A stretch of DNA of 62,478 nucleotides, counting the filler. It is 5 parts of 5 records of this genome, joined end to end, with 100 filler letters (N's around TTAATTAATTAA, not from the genome) between each part and the next. Parts side by side here need not be neighbours in the genome. Positions count along the whole stretch, not along the records: positions 1 to 26,135 come from SRR31156797_3629; 4 more parts are not named here. One strand, written 5' to 3'. The position numbers were made by a program, and so were the translations under genes. The notes under the pieces are model-generated. The model was given only the letters and a program-made list of their open reading frames with translations. It did not search any database and was not told the DNA's origin. Shown piece after piece: positions 1 to 9,091 of the stretch (the first letter of the stretch is position 1; the number at the start of each line of letters is the position of its first letter).

Positions 1-111
1 AACTTCAGAGAAGTTGAATATTTATAGAAATTAAAATATAAGCCCCTATTCAACTCCAGCGGAGTTGAATATTATTTTATTTGTGCTGATTAACCTGACA
101 AGAATGATTTA
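1..111 (+). repeat. REP-like palindromic repeat; two hairpin copies plus conserved flank
   Basis: AACTTC-aga-GAAGTT at 1-15 and TATTCAACTCC-agc-GGAGTTGAATA at 47-71. Positions 51-111 match the reverse complement of 26069-26129 at 55/61 nt (manual alignment). Confidence 0.8.
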
Positions 112-162
112 CGATTAGAAAACGTTTTTGAACCCAATTCAGAATCATATAAAACTATTAAT

Positions 163-170
163 TACTTTTG
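163..170 (+). promoter_or_regulatory. Bacteroidota sigma-A -7 element (TACTTTTG)
   Basis: Exact TAnnTTTG match about 20 nt upstream of the small ORF. Confidence 0.6.
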
Positions 171-190
171 CTGCAAATTAAGAATAGGTC

Positions 191-376
191 GTGATGGAAA
201 AGGATTTTGCAAAAAAGTGTTTTGTTTGTGGTGTAACGCTGGAAAATATTGAATTTAAAAATCAGCTTACCAACCTTCCTGTATGTAAAAATTGCAAAGG
301 ATCAGATAAGGAAAAAGAGAAAGAAAAAGAAGCGCTTGATTCTTTAGCTGATGGTTTTGTTTGCGGCTGTATTTAA
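191..376 (+). CDS. Small Cys-rich hypothetical protein (CxxC...CxxC...CGCI), possible zinc finger
   Basis: CFVC, CKNC and C-terminal FVCGCI; preceded by a -7 promoter element; start may be ATG at 194. Confidence 0.7.
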   Translation: MMEKDFAKKCFVCGVTLENIEFKNQLTNLPVCKNCKGSDKEKEKEKEALDSLADGFVCGCI

Positions 377-426
377 TAACTATCATTTTAAAATAAGGGC
401 TAAATTCTAGCCAAGAGTTGATTAAT

Positions 427-2292
427 ATGAATTATTTATCTGTTGAAAATTTAACGCACCATTATGGTGATGTACGTTTATTCGAGGATCTTACTTTTGG
501 TATTTCTGAAGGTCAGAAAGTAGGTTTGATTGCTCGAAATGGAACGGGTAAAACAACATTGCTTAATATATTATCTCATAAGTTACCTGCTGATAACGGA
601 GAGGTTACATATCGCAAAGGTATATCCGTAGGTTATCTGCCTCAATTGCCAGAGCTGAATGAAGAAAATACCGTTATTGAAGAAATATTTGCTTCTGATA
701 ATCCGCAGGTCATTGCTATTAAAGCATACGAGAAGGCTTTAGCCAATGAGAACCATGAGGAACTGGGAACTCTTATTGAGGAGCTGGATAAGTTAGGAGC
801 CTGGGATTTTGAATCCAGAATTAAACAAATCCTTTCGCAGTTAAAAATAACCAATTTCGATCAGCCCATTCAGCAATTATCAGGAGGTCAGAAGAAAAGA
901 GTGGCACTGGCCAACATTCTTATTAACGAACCGCAATTTCTGATTTTAGATGAGCCTACCAACCATCTTGATCTGGAAATGATAGAATGGCTTGAATCAT
1001 ACCTTGAGAGATCAAAATGCACGCTCATGATGGTGACCCATGATCGCTACTTTTTAGATCGTGTCTGTAACGAAATCATTGAATTAGCTGATCAAACAAT
1101 CTATCATTACAAAGGAAATTATCAATTGTTTCTGGAGAAAAGAGAAGAGCGAATACAAACACATAATTCACAAGTTGAAAAAGCTAAAAACCTGCTTAAA
1201 AAAGAGCAGGATTGGATGAATAGAATGCCTCAGGCTCGTGCTACTAAAGCGAAGTACAGAATTGATGCTTTTCACGATTTAAAAAAGAAAGCACATAGTG
1301 GCATCACAGAGCAATCCATGAATCTGGATATTAAAGCCGCTCGCTTAGGTAAAAAAATTATAGAATGTCATCACCTCCATAAATCTTTTGGCGATTTAAA
1401 AATTCTGGATGATTTTAATTACAAGTTTGCACAAGGAGAAAAGGTGGGTATTATCGGTAAAAACGGTACAGGAAAATCTACTTTTCTAAATACTATTACA
1501 GGTGCCTTAGAGCCTGACGCTGGAACAATAGAAACCGGAGAAACTGTTGTTGTTGGTTATTACCATCAATCCGGAATGCAGATAGATCCGGGCAAAAAAG
1601 TAATTGAAGTGATCTCTGATATTTCGGAGCATATTACATTGGGTTCTGGTAATTCGATGAGTCCGGCTCAATTCCTGCGTCACTTTTTATTTACCAACGA
1701 AATGCACCATGTTCAGGTGGAAAAACTAAGTGGTGGAGAGAAAAAGAGACTCTATCTGATGACGGTGTTAATGAAAAATCCGAATTTCCTTATACTGGAT
1801 GAGCCGACCAATGACCTGGATATTTTTACTTTAAACCTACTGGAAGAATACCTTCAAAACTTTAATGGTTGTGTTATCATTGTTTCTCACGACCGTTATT
1901 TTATGGATAAGATAGTTGATCATTTATTCGTGTTTGAAGGACAAGGAGTTATTAAAGATTTCCCAGGTAACTATAGCATCTATCACGATCATCAATTAGA
2001 AGAAGAAAAGATTCAGAAAAAAGAAGAAAGAGCTCAAAAAGAACCGGCGAAACCTGCTCCTGTAAAAGATAAGCCTCGAAAACTTTCTTTTAAGGAAAAG
2101 CGTGAAATGGAGCAGCTGGAGCAAGAAATGGAAGAACTAAACCAGGAAAAAACGGACATTGAAGAAGCTTTAAACTCGGGCACACTGGATGCAGATACGT
2201 TAACGGATAAATCAAAAAGAATTAGTGAGATTATTGATTTATTAGATGAAAAAGAATTACGCTGGTTAGAATTAAGTGAAATTGAAGGTTAA
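427..2292 (+). CDS. ABC-F family ATP-binding protein (Uup-like)
   Basis: Two ABC domains (ARNGTGKTT and GKNGTGKST Walker A, LSGG, LDEPTN), no TM segments, C-terminal coiled coil. ATG 427 preferred to TTG 418. Confidence 0.92.
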   Translation: MNYLSVENLTHHYGDVRLFEDLTFGISEGQKVGLIARNGTGKTTLLNILSHKLPADNGEVTYRKGISVGYLPQLPELNEENTVIEEIFASDNPQVIAIKAYEKALANENHEELGTLIEELDKLGAWDFESRIKQILSQLKITNFDQPIQQLSGGQKKRVALANILINEPQFLILDEPTNHLDLEMIEWLESYLERSKCTLMMVTHDRYFLDRVCNEIIELADQTIYHYKGNYQLFLEKREERIQTHNSQVEKAKNLLKKEQDWMNRMPQARATKAKYRIDAFHDLKKKAHSGITEQSMNLDIKAARLGKKIIECHHLHKSFGDLKILDDFNYKFAQGEKVGIIGKNGTGKSTFLNTITGALEPDAGTIETGETVVVGYYHQSGMQIDPGKKVIEVISDISEHITLGSGNSMSPAQFLRHFLFTNEMHHVQVEKLSGGEKKRLYLMTVLMKNPNFLILDEPTNDLDIFTLNLLEEYLQNFNGCVIIVSHDRYFMDKIVDHLFVFEGQGVIKDFPGNYSIYHDHQLEEEKIQKKEERAQKEPAKPAPVKDKPRKLSFKEKREMEQLEQEMEELNQEKTDIEEALNSGTLDADTLTDKSKRISEIIDLLDEKELRWLELSEIEG

Positions 2293-2458
2293 TCAGATTT
2301 AAACTGACAAAACTCATTTCAATAGTAATTTATTATTTGCGCAAGCAATAGGTAATAAATCAATGTTAAAACAGGCTTAAATCTTTTAAAACAAAAGTGA
2401 TTCTTTAATTTTTGATTATTTTTTAGAATAAATATTTTTATTGAGAGAATATTTATGT

Positions 2459-2466
2459 TACATTTG
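2459..2466 (+). promoter_or_regulatory. Bacteroidota -7 promoter element of the pheA leader (TACATTTG)
   Basis: TAnnTTTG match 21 nt before the leader ATG. Confidence 0.65.
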
Positions 2467-2487
2467 CCATCGTTAAAAAAGAGATAA

Positions 2488-2565
2488 ATGACCCATTTCG
2501 TATTTTTTTATAGCTTTTATTTTTACTTTTTTGGATTCTGTAATCAAAAAGAGGTGGGTTTGTAG
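2488..2565 (+). CDS. Phe/Tyr-rich attenuator leader peptide (25 aa: MTHFVFFYSFYFYFFGFCNQKEVGL)
   Basis: Manually translated; 8 Phe and 3 Tyr codons within codons 4-17; lies between the promoter and the terminator upstream of pheA; below the ORF-track size cutoff. Confidence 0.88.
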   Translation: MTHFVFFYSFYFYFFGFCNQKEVGL

Positions 2566-2588
2566 TATATAAATTTTTGAAAAAATTT

Positions 2589-2620
2589 AAAGTCCCACCT
2601 CAATGAGGTGGGACTTTTTT
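2589..2620 (+). terminator. Attenuator terminator upstream of pheA
   Basis: 13-bp stem AAAGTCCCACCTC-aat-GAGGTGGGACTTT plus a T run. Competing anti-terminator arm GAGGTGGG at 2551-2558 lies inside the leader ORF. Confidence 0.88.
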
Positions 2621-2633
2621 ATTTTATAAGATA

Positions 2634-3539
2634 ATGACAAAGAGAAAAAGAGTAGCGATACAAGGAGGCGGTGGTTCCAACCATGAGATTGCAGCCAAAG
2701 CGTTTTTCGAAACAGATGATATAGATACCATTGAGTGTGATTCTTTTGAAGAGTTATTTGATACGCTTAGAAAGGATAAAACTGTTTACGGTATTATCGC
2801 TATTGAAAACACGCTGGTCGGAAGTATTCTTCAAAATTACACTTTACTTAAAGATTCTGGTCTTGTTATTATTGGTGAGTACAAACTAAGAATAAAACAT
2901 CAGTTGCTGGCTTTACCGGGACAAAAAATAGAAGATATTAAGGAGGTTCACTCCCACCCTATGGCTTTAGCTCAATGTAAAGAGTTCTTTAAGCAATATC
3001 CACATATAAAAATGATTTCTCGCGACGACACTGCTTTAAGTGGAAAATGGATTCGCGATAATGAGTTAAAAGAAATGGCTGCTATTGCTCCGGAGTTAGC
3101 TGGTGAAAAATACGATTTAGAAATAATCGCCCGAGATATTGAAACTAATAAAAGAAATTTTACCCGTTTCTTAATTATTTCAGATAAAGCCAAAACAGAA
3201 GTAGAAGAATTGTTAGAGCAAAATAAGGTGAATAAATCATCTGTCGTTTTTGCACTACCTCACTCTGAAGGAAGTCTTTCTAAAGTATTATCTATTCTGG
3301 CTTTTTACAATATCAATTTATCAAAAGTACAATCATTACCAATCGTTGGCCACGAATGGGAATACCTATTCTATGTTGATTTGGTTTTTGAAGATTACAA
3401 CCGATATTTACAATCATTAGATGCCATCAGACCCTTAACTAAAAACCTGAAAATCATTGGTGAATATCATGTAGGAAAACGCTCTTATGATACGGTAAGC
3501 AATGATAACAGATCATTATCAGAACAAAAAACATTCTAA
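2634..3539 (+). CDS. pheA: Prephenate dehydratase with ACT domain
   Basis: VAIQG, AIENTLVGSI, SHPMALAQC, NFTRF, INLSKVQSLP motifs. Confidence 0.92.
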   Translation: MTKRKRVAIQGGGGSNHEIAAKAFFETDDIDTIECDSFEELFDTLRKDKTVYGIIAIENTLVGSILQNYTLLKDSGLVIIGEYKLRIKHQLLALPGQKIEDIKEVHSHPMALAQCKEFFKQYPHIKMISRDDTALSGKWIRDNELKEMAAIAPELAGEKYDLEIIARDIETNKRNFTRFLIISDKAKTEVEELLEQNKVNKSSVVFALPHSEGSLSKVLSILAFYNINLSKVQSLPIVGHEWEYLFYVDLVFEDYNRYLQSLDAIRPLTKNLKIIGEYHVGKRSYDTVSNDNRSLSEQKTF

Positions 3540-3542
3540 CAT

Positions 3543-4700
3543 ATGTCAATTGAACCAGCCAATCGCATTAGCGAGGTAAAAGAATACTATTTCTCTAAAA
3601 AATTACGTGAAATAGATGAAATGCGCCAAAAAGGAATTCAGGTTATTAACCTGGGTATTGGAAATCCTGACAGGCCTCCACATCCTGATGTATTAGAAGA
3701 GTTGAAAAATACTTCTTCTGATAAAAGCAATCATGGTTATCAAAGTTATATTGGTTTACCGGAACTTAGAAATGCTTTTGCCACTTGGTACAAGACCTAT
3801 TTTAATGTTGACTTAGATTCTAAAAATGAAATATTACCATTAATGGGTTCTAAAGAGGGTATTATGCATATTTCTCTGGCTTTTTTAAATAAAGGAGATC
3901 AGGTTTTGGTACCTAATCCGGGTTATCCAACATACGCTTCTGTATCTAACTTAGTGGAAGCTGAAATGGTCACTTACGATTTAAAAGAAGACCTGAACTG
4001 GCAGCCGGACTTTGAGGAATTAGAGAAAATGGATTTGTCAAAGGTAAAATTAATGTGGGTGAATTACCCCAATATGCCAACAGGAGCCAATGCCACTTTA
4101 GAGATTTTTGAAAAGTTGGTTGCCTTTGGTAAAAAGCATAACATATTAATTTGCAACGACAATCCATACAGTTTCATTTTAAACGATAATCCTTTATCTA
4201 TTTTTAGAATTGAAGGAGCCAAAGATATCTGTATTGAACTAAACTCTTTAAGCAAATCACACAATATGGCCGGTTGGCGTATTGGAATGGTAGCTACAAA
4301 TCCTCAATTAATTCAATATATTTTGAGGGTAAAAAGTAATATGGATAGTGGAATGTTTAAATCGCTTCAGCTAGCAGCAACCAAAGCATTGAGCTTGGAT
4401 AAAAGCTGGTACGATGAAGTAAACAAAGAATATTTTGAGCGTAGAGAACTGGTTTGGGAAATTATGGATATGCTGGGATGTACCTACGACAAAAATCAGT
4501 CAGGTATGTTTATCTGGGCTAAAATTCCGGATTCAGCAGAATCTGCAGAGCAAATTTCAGATGACATCCTAAACAATGCACATGTGTTTATCACACCTGG
4601 AAGTATTTTTGGAAGTCAGGGAGAAAGATATATTCGAATTTCTCTTTGCTCAACAAAAGAAGTTTTAAAAGAATCAATAAATAGAATACAAACAGCGTAA
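3543..4700 (+). CDS. Class I/II PLP-dependent aminotransferase (probable aromatic or prephenate aminotransferase)
   Basis: NYPNMPTG, DNPY, SLSKSHNMAGWRIG; located within the aromatic amino acid operon. Confidence 0.88.
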   Translation: MSIEPANRISEVKEYYFSKKLREIDEMRQKGIQVINLGIGNPDRPPHPDVLEELKNTSSDKSNHGYQSYIGLPELRNAFATWYKTYFNVDLDSKNEILPLMGSKEGIMHISLAFLNKGDQVLVPNPGYPTYASVSNLVEAEMVTYDLKEDLNWQPDFEELEKMDLSKVKLMWVNYPNMPTGANATLEIFEKLVAFGKKHNILICNDNPYSFILNDNPLSIFRIEGAKDICIELNSLSKSHNMAGWRIGMVATNPQLIQYILRVKSNMDSGMFKSLQLAATKALSLDKSWYDEVNKEYFERRELVWEIMDMLGCTYDKNQSGMFIWAKIPDSAESAEQISDDILNNAHVFITPGSIFGSQGERYIRISLCSTKEVLKESINRIQTA

Positions 4701-4712
4701 CAATATAAGAAG

Positions 4713-5792
4713 ATGGTAAAGTTAGACCTTGAAAAAATTAGTTTACCAGGATTAGAGCTAGAACGCCCCTGGATGATTGCAGGCCCATGTAGTGCCGAAA
4801 CAGAAGAGCAGGTAATGGATACAGCTAAACAGCTTTCTGAGGCTGGATATAAAATATTTAGAGCAGGTATCTGGAAACCAAGAACGCGTCCGGGAGCTTT
4901 TGAAGGTGTGGGTACTGTTGGTTTACCATGGCTTAAAAGAGTAAAGGAAGAGTTAGGTATGTTTGTGGGTACAGAAGTAGCTAATGCTCATCATGTATTT
5001 GAAGCTATTAAGCATGGAATTGATATCCTGTGGGTAGGAGCTCGTACCACAGCTAACCCTTTTGCTGTACAGGAAATTGCTGATGCATTAAAAGGTGTTG
5101 ATATACCAGTATTGGTTAAAAACCCTGTTAACCCCGATTTAGAGCTTTGGATTGGTGCTTTGGAAAGAATTAATCAGGCGGGTATTAAAAAGTTGGCTGC
5201 TATTCACAGAGGTTTTTCTACTTACGATAAATCAAAATACAGAAACCAACCTCAATGGCAAATTCCAATTGAATTAAAAAGACGTATTCCTAATTTACCA
5301 ATCATTTGTGACCCATCTCACATCAGTGGTAAATCTGAATTAATTTACGAAATTTCTCAGGAAGCCATGGACCTTGATTTTGATGGTTTATTGGTTGAGT
5401 CTCACCGTTGTCCTGAAAAAGCATGGAGTGATGCTAAACAACAGGTAACGCCTGAAGAGTTAAAGAAAATTACAGATAAAATAGTTCTACGTGCGCCTAT
5501 GATTGGAGAAAAGCCAAGAATTACATTAGATGAGCTTCGTGGAGAAATTGACAGTTTAGATACGCTTATTCTAGAAACATTAGAAAAAAGAATGCAAATT
5601 TCAGAAGCTATTGGTCAATTCAAAAAAGATAACAACATTACAATTCTTCAGACCAGACGTTACGATGAAATCATGAATAATCGTAAAGAACGTGGTGCTA
5701 AACTTGGTTTATCTGATGATTTCACTGTGAAAATATTCGAAAGCATACACGAAGAGTCCGTTACGCGTCAAAATAGAATTATGAACAAATAA
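4713..5792 (+). CDS. Bifunctional DAHP synthase (type I-beta)/chorismate mutase
   Basis: IAGPCSAE, WKPRTRP, GART, DPSH motifs; C-terminal AroQ-like LDELRGEIDSLD. Confidence 0.92.
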   Translation: MVKLDLEKISLPGLELERPWMIAGPCSAETEEQVMDTAKQLSEAGYKIFRAGIWKPRTRPGAFEGVGTVGLPWLKRVKEELGMFVGTEVANAHHVFEAIKHGIDILWVGARTTANPFAVQEIADALKGVDIPVLVKNPVNPDLELWIGALERINQAGIKKLAAIHRGFSTYDKSKYRNQPQWQIPIELKRRIPNLPIICDPSHISGKSELIYEISQEAMDLDFDGLLVESHRCPEKAWSDAKQQVTPEELKKITDKIVLRAPMIGEKPRITLDELRGEIDSLDTLILETLEKRMQISEAIGQFKKDNNITILQTRRYDEIMNNRKERGAKLGLSDDFTVKIFESIHEESVTRQNRIMNK

Positions 5793-5855
5793 TTCAGTCT
5801 ACAGTAAGCAGTTATTCATCATTGAGTAACTGTTTACTGACAACTGTTTACTGAA
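5793..5855. repeat. Heptamer-periodic inverted repeat (CAGT x3 / ACTG x4) forming a long hairpin
   Basis: CAGT at 5795/5802/5809 and ACTG at 5829/5836/5843/5850; 17-bp stem (two G-U pairs) spanning 5802-5839. Confidence 0.7.
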
Positions 5856-5867
5856 TACCTGTACAAA

Positions 5868-6644
5868 ATGAAAATCTGTATCCTGGGAGCAGGAAAAATG
5901 GGAACATGGTTAACAGATGCTTTATGTCTGGTTCATGAAGTGGCTATATACGATCCCAACCTCGAAAAATTAAAATATATTTTTAATACACAACGCTTAA
6001 CCAAACTGGAAGAAATTACAGCTTTTGAGCCGGAATTATTAATAAATGCCGTTACCTTAAAATATACGATAGCTGCATTTAAGGAAGTAATTCCTTATCT
6101 GCCTAAAAGTTGTATTATTTCAGATATTTCTTCAGTGAAGACTGGTTTTCAGGAGTATTATGAGGAAACAGGAATGCGTTATGTATCTACCCATCCCATG
6201 TTTGGACCAACATTTGGAAATTTAAAATCATTAAGGGAACATCATGCCATCATCATTTCGCAGGGAGATCATTTAGGTAAAGCGTTTTTCAAGGACTTTT
6301 TTAGTACATTAGGACTGAATATTCATGAGTATTCATTTATTCAGCATGATGAAACCATCGCTTATTCTTTATCAATTCCATTCTCCTCTACCCTGGTTTT
6401 TGCAGCTTGTATGAAAAAGCAGGAAGCACCGGGTACCACCTTTAAAAAGCATTTTGATATTGCAAAAGGTTTGTTAAGTGAAGATGATTATTTGTTATCC
6501 GAGATTTTATTCAATCCATTTACAGGAGGTCAAGTAGAAAAAATAAGGCTAAAACTGAAAGAACTATTAGCCATTATTGAAACCAAGGATACAGACAAAA
6601 TGAAAGTCTTTTTAGAAGAAGTTCGAGATAATTTAAAAGAGTAG
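5868..6644 (+). CDS. tyrA: Prephenate dehydrogenase
   Basis: GAGKMG Rossmann motif, DISSVK, HPMFGP, HD motif; operon context. Confidence 0.9.
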   Translation: MKICILGAGKMGTWLTDALCLVHEVAIYDPNLEKLKYIFNTQRLTKLEEITAFEPELLINAVTLKYTIAAFKEVIPYLPKSCIISDISSVKTGFQEYYEETGMRYVSTHPMFGPTFGNLKSLREHHAIIISQGDHLGKAFFKDFFSTLGLNIHEYSFIQHDETIAYSLSIPFSSTLVFAACMKKQEAPGTTFKKHFDIAKGLLSEDDYLLSEILFNPFTGGQVEKIRLKLKELLAIIETKDTDKMKVFLEEVRDNLKE

Positions 6645-6653
6645 GTATAAAAC

Positions 6654-7064
6654 CTACTCTTTTTTTCTTTTATAAATCAGGTAATCTCCTGATAGTATTC
6701 GTTTTTCTTCCTGAACAGGGTGATTGTAAATGTACACCCAGCAAGATTGCTTTGTTCCTTGTATACATACCTCCACTTTCTTTAATACATATTCGTTTGG
6801 ATATGCGAACTGAAACCCCACCTCTTCATATTCGTTCAGAAGGGCTATTATTTTATCAAAGTTTTTTAAACGAAATACTTTTCCGTATACCTTATCTTTT
6901 TTATCCTCCGATAATATAAGGCCTGGATAGTTATCAATCTCATATAATTTACCATGCAAACATGCATTGCCGATGAATTCACTACTGTCATAAAGAATCT
7001 TTGAAATATTCAGTTCCTCTTTTAACAGTAATGTACCATATATGAATAGATAATCTTTATCCAT
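6654..7064 (-). CDS. Gamma-glutamylcyclotransferase (AIG2-like) family protein
   Basis: LFIYGTL, YPGL, LNEYEE, WVYIY, RILSGDY. Confidence 0.85.
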   Translation of the reverse strand: MDKDYLFIYGTLLLKEELNISKILYDSSEFIGNACLHGKLYEIDNYPGLILSEDKKDKVYGKVFRLKNFDKIIALLNEYEEVGFQFAYPNEYVLKKVEVCIQGTKQSCWVYIYNHPVQEEKRILSGDYLIYKRKKE

Positions 7065-7094
7065 ATTTTATTTCAAAATATTCTTTTAAAATAA

Positions 7095-7919
7095 CTACTC
7101 AACAATCTCTATCAGTTCTATTTTAAACTTTAATACTCCATCACCATAAGCATAGGCACGAGGGATATATAAATATGCCTCTCCTCCTTCTTTCATATAT
7201 GGAATTCCTATTTGCCAACCATATATTAAACCGGATAAGTTAAAGGTAATTGGATCCTCGGTTTGAGGTACTCGTTCATCTTCAGGCAAATTATATAATT
7301 CATATTTCACCGTAATATCATCACTTAAAACTGGCGAATTTCCGGTTCCCTCTATGATATGCTGCACATATACACCAGAAGGATCCTTTATTGCATCTGT
7401 AATATTATTTTCTGTAAAATATTCCTGGATAATCAAATCCTCCATTTCTTCAATAGTAGAAGTAAAACGCCCTAGTTTTACATTTAATCTAATTACAGAT
7501 GTACTCAACGAACTATTAGTTCCCCAGTAAGCATATCTACAAGGTATGTATAAATCAGCCTCTCCTCCATTTTTTATATATGGAATTCCTATTTGCAATC
7601 CGCTAATAATATCCTCCAAATCCCAAACAGATGATTGTTCATCTATTAGTTCGTTATTTGGTAGTGTGTACATGGAGTAGATTACCTTAACTATAGAATT
7701 CTCGCTTGGATTTTCTCCTGTACCCTCTTGTATATGATGGATATAAACTCCGGATAAATCTGCAATGGCATCTGTTATATTGTGCTCGGTAAAAAAATCC
7801 TGAATAATTCTCTCATCTCTTTCAACAGTTTCATTTAATGTCAATGAAACATCTTCATCTTTAGCACAACTGGTCCATATAGACATAAGGATCAATGCTA
7901 TTCCTAACTTTCTAATCAT
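7095..7919 (-). CDS. Lipoprotein with two tandem FKBP-type PPIase-like domains
   Basis: Lipobox WTSC; two copies of SGVY...EGTG...G[LW]QIGIPY..GGEA.LYIP...AY. Confidence 0.85.
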   Translation of the reverse strand: MIRKLGIALILMSIWTSCAKDEDVSLTLNETVERDERIIQDFFTEHNITDAIADLSGVYIHHIQEGTGENPSENSIVKVIYSMYTLPNNELIDEQSSVWDLEDIISGLQIGIPYIKNGGEADLYIPCRYAYWGTNSSLSTSVIRLNVKLGRFTSTIEEMEDLIIQEYFTENNITDAIKDPSGVYVQHIIEGTGNSPVLSDDITVKYELYNLPEDERVPQTEDPITFNLSGLIYGWQIGIPYMKEGGEAYLYIPRAYAYGDGVLKFKIELIEIVE

Positions 7920-7984
7920 TCTAAAGTATTATTTGAGTGTAAACATCTGAATATTATAGATGGAGCAGGCTTGATTAGCTTGCG

Positions 7985-8950
7985 TTATTTATCAGGTTTT
8001 TCTTCCATGTCTTCCGGCTTGGCTCTATCATAGGCTTCTACAATTCGTTGAACCAAAGGATGTCGGACAATATCATTTACATCAAATTGTATCACTTTAA
8101 TTCCCTTTACCTTTTTAAGAATGCGCATGGCTTGTACTAATCCCGACATCGATTTTCGAGGAAGGTCAATCTGCGTTACATCACCAGTAACCACATATTT
8201 TGTTCCCTGTCCCATACGGGTGAGAAACATCTTGATTTGATTAGTGGTTGTATTTTGAGCTTCATCCAGAATAACAAAAGCCTCGCTCAGCGTTCTTCCT
8301 CTCATATAAGCTAATGGTGCAATCTGAATGGTTCCGTTCTCCATGTAATCTTTCAGTTTTGCAGAAGGAATCATATCCTGCAAAGCATCATATAAGGGCT
8401 GTAAATACGGATCGATTTTCTCCTTCATATCACCAGGCAAAAAGCCTAGCTTCTCACCTGCTTCTACAGCAGGGCGACTTAAAATAATACGGCGAACCTC
8501 TCTCCTTTTCAAGGCTCTAACTGCCAAAGCAATAGCAGTATAGGTTTTTCCGGAACCAGCTGGACCAACCGCAATAATTAAATCGTTTTTTTCGTACTCT
8601 CTAACAAAAAGTTGCTGATTGGCAGTTCTTCCTTTTATAGGTTTTCCGTTTACGCCAAATAAAATAACATCATCCACTTCCCTTTTAACCCCAACAGCAC
8701 CGCTTTCAATTATCTCTAAAATAGAATGCTCACTAAGTACATTATACTCATTATAATGATCCAAAAGCAAATGAACTTTTTCCTCAAAAGCAATAACCTG
8801 CTCCTCCTCGCCCATGGCTTTTAACCAATCGCCTCTGGCAATAATACGTAGTTTTGGAAATTTGCTTCGAATTAAATCGAGCTTCACATTTTTAACGCCT
8901 AAAAATTCAATTAAATCAACCGATTCGAGATAAACGAGTTTTTCTATCAT
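7985..8950 (-). CDS. phoH: PhoH family ATPase
   Basis: GPAGSGKT, LGFLPGD, YMRGRTL, DEAQN, GDVTQIDL, VRHPLV. Confidence 0.93.
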   Translation of the reverse strand: MIEKLVYLESVDLIEFLGVKNVKLDLIRSKFPKLRIIARGDWLKAMGEEEQVIAFEEKVHLLLDHYNEYNVLSEHSILEIIESGAVGVKREVDDVILFGVNGKPIKGRTANQQLFVREYEKNDLIIAVGPAGSGKTYTAIALAVRALKRREVRRIILSRPAVEAGEKLGFLPGDMKEKIDPYLQPLYDALQDMIPSAKLKDYMENGTIQIAPLAYMRGRTLSEAFVILDEAQNTTTNQIKMFLTRMGQGTKYVVTGDVTQIDLPRKSMSGLVQAMRILKKVKGIKVIQFDVNDIVRHPLVQRIVEAYDRAKPEDMEEKPDK

Positions 8951-9049
8951 TTAATTTGTTCTGGAATAATAAGGATCGCAAAATAATAACATTTTGGATT
9001 ATAAATTGCGTTTTTCATCATAAGTTGATTAAAAATAAAAGGATATGGC

Positions 9050-9057
9050 TACTTTTG
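9050..9057 (+). promoter_or_regulatory. Bacteroidota -7 element upstream of mazG (TACTTTTG)
   Basis: TAnnTTTG match. Confidence 0.6.
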
Positions 9058-9091
9058 AATCGAACTTAAGTTGAACATCAACAACCAACAT

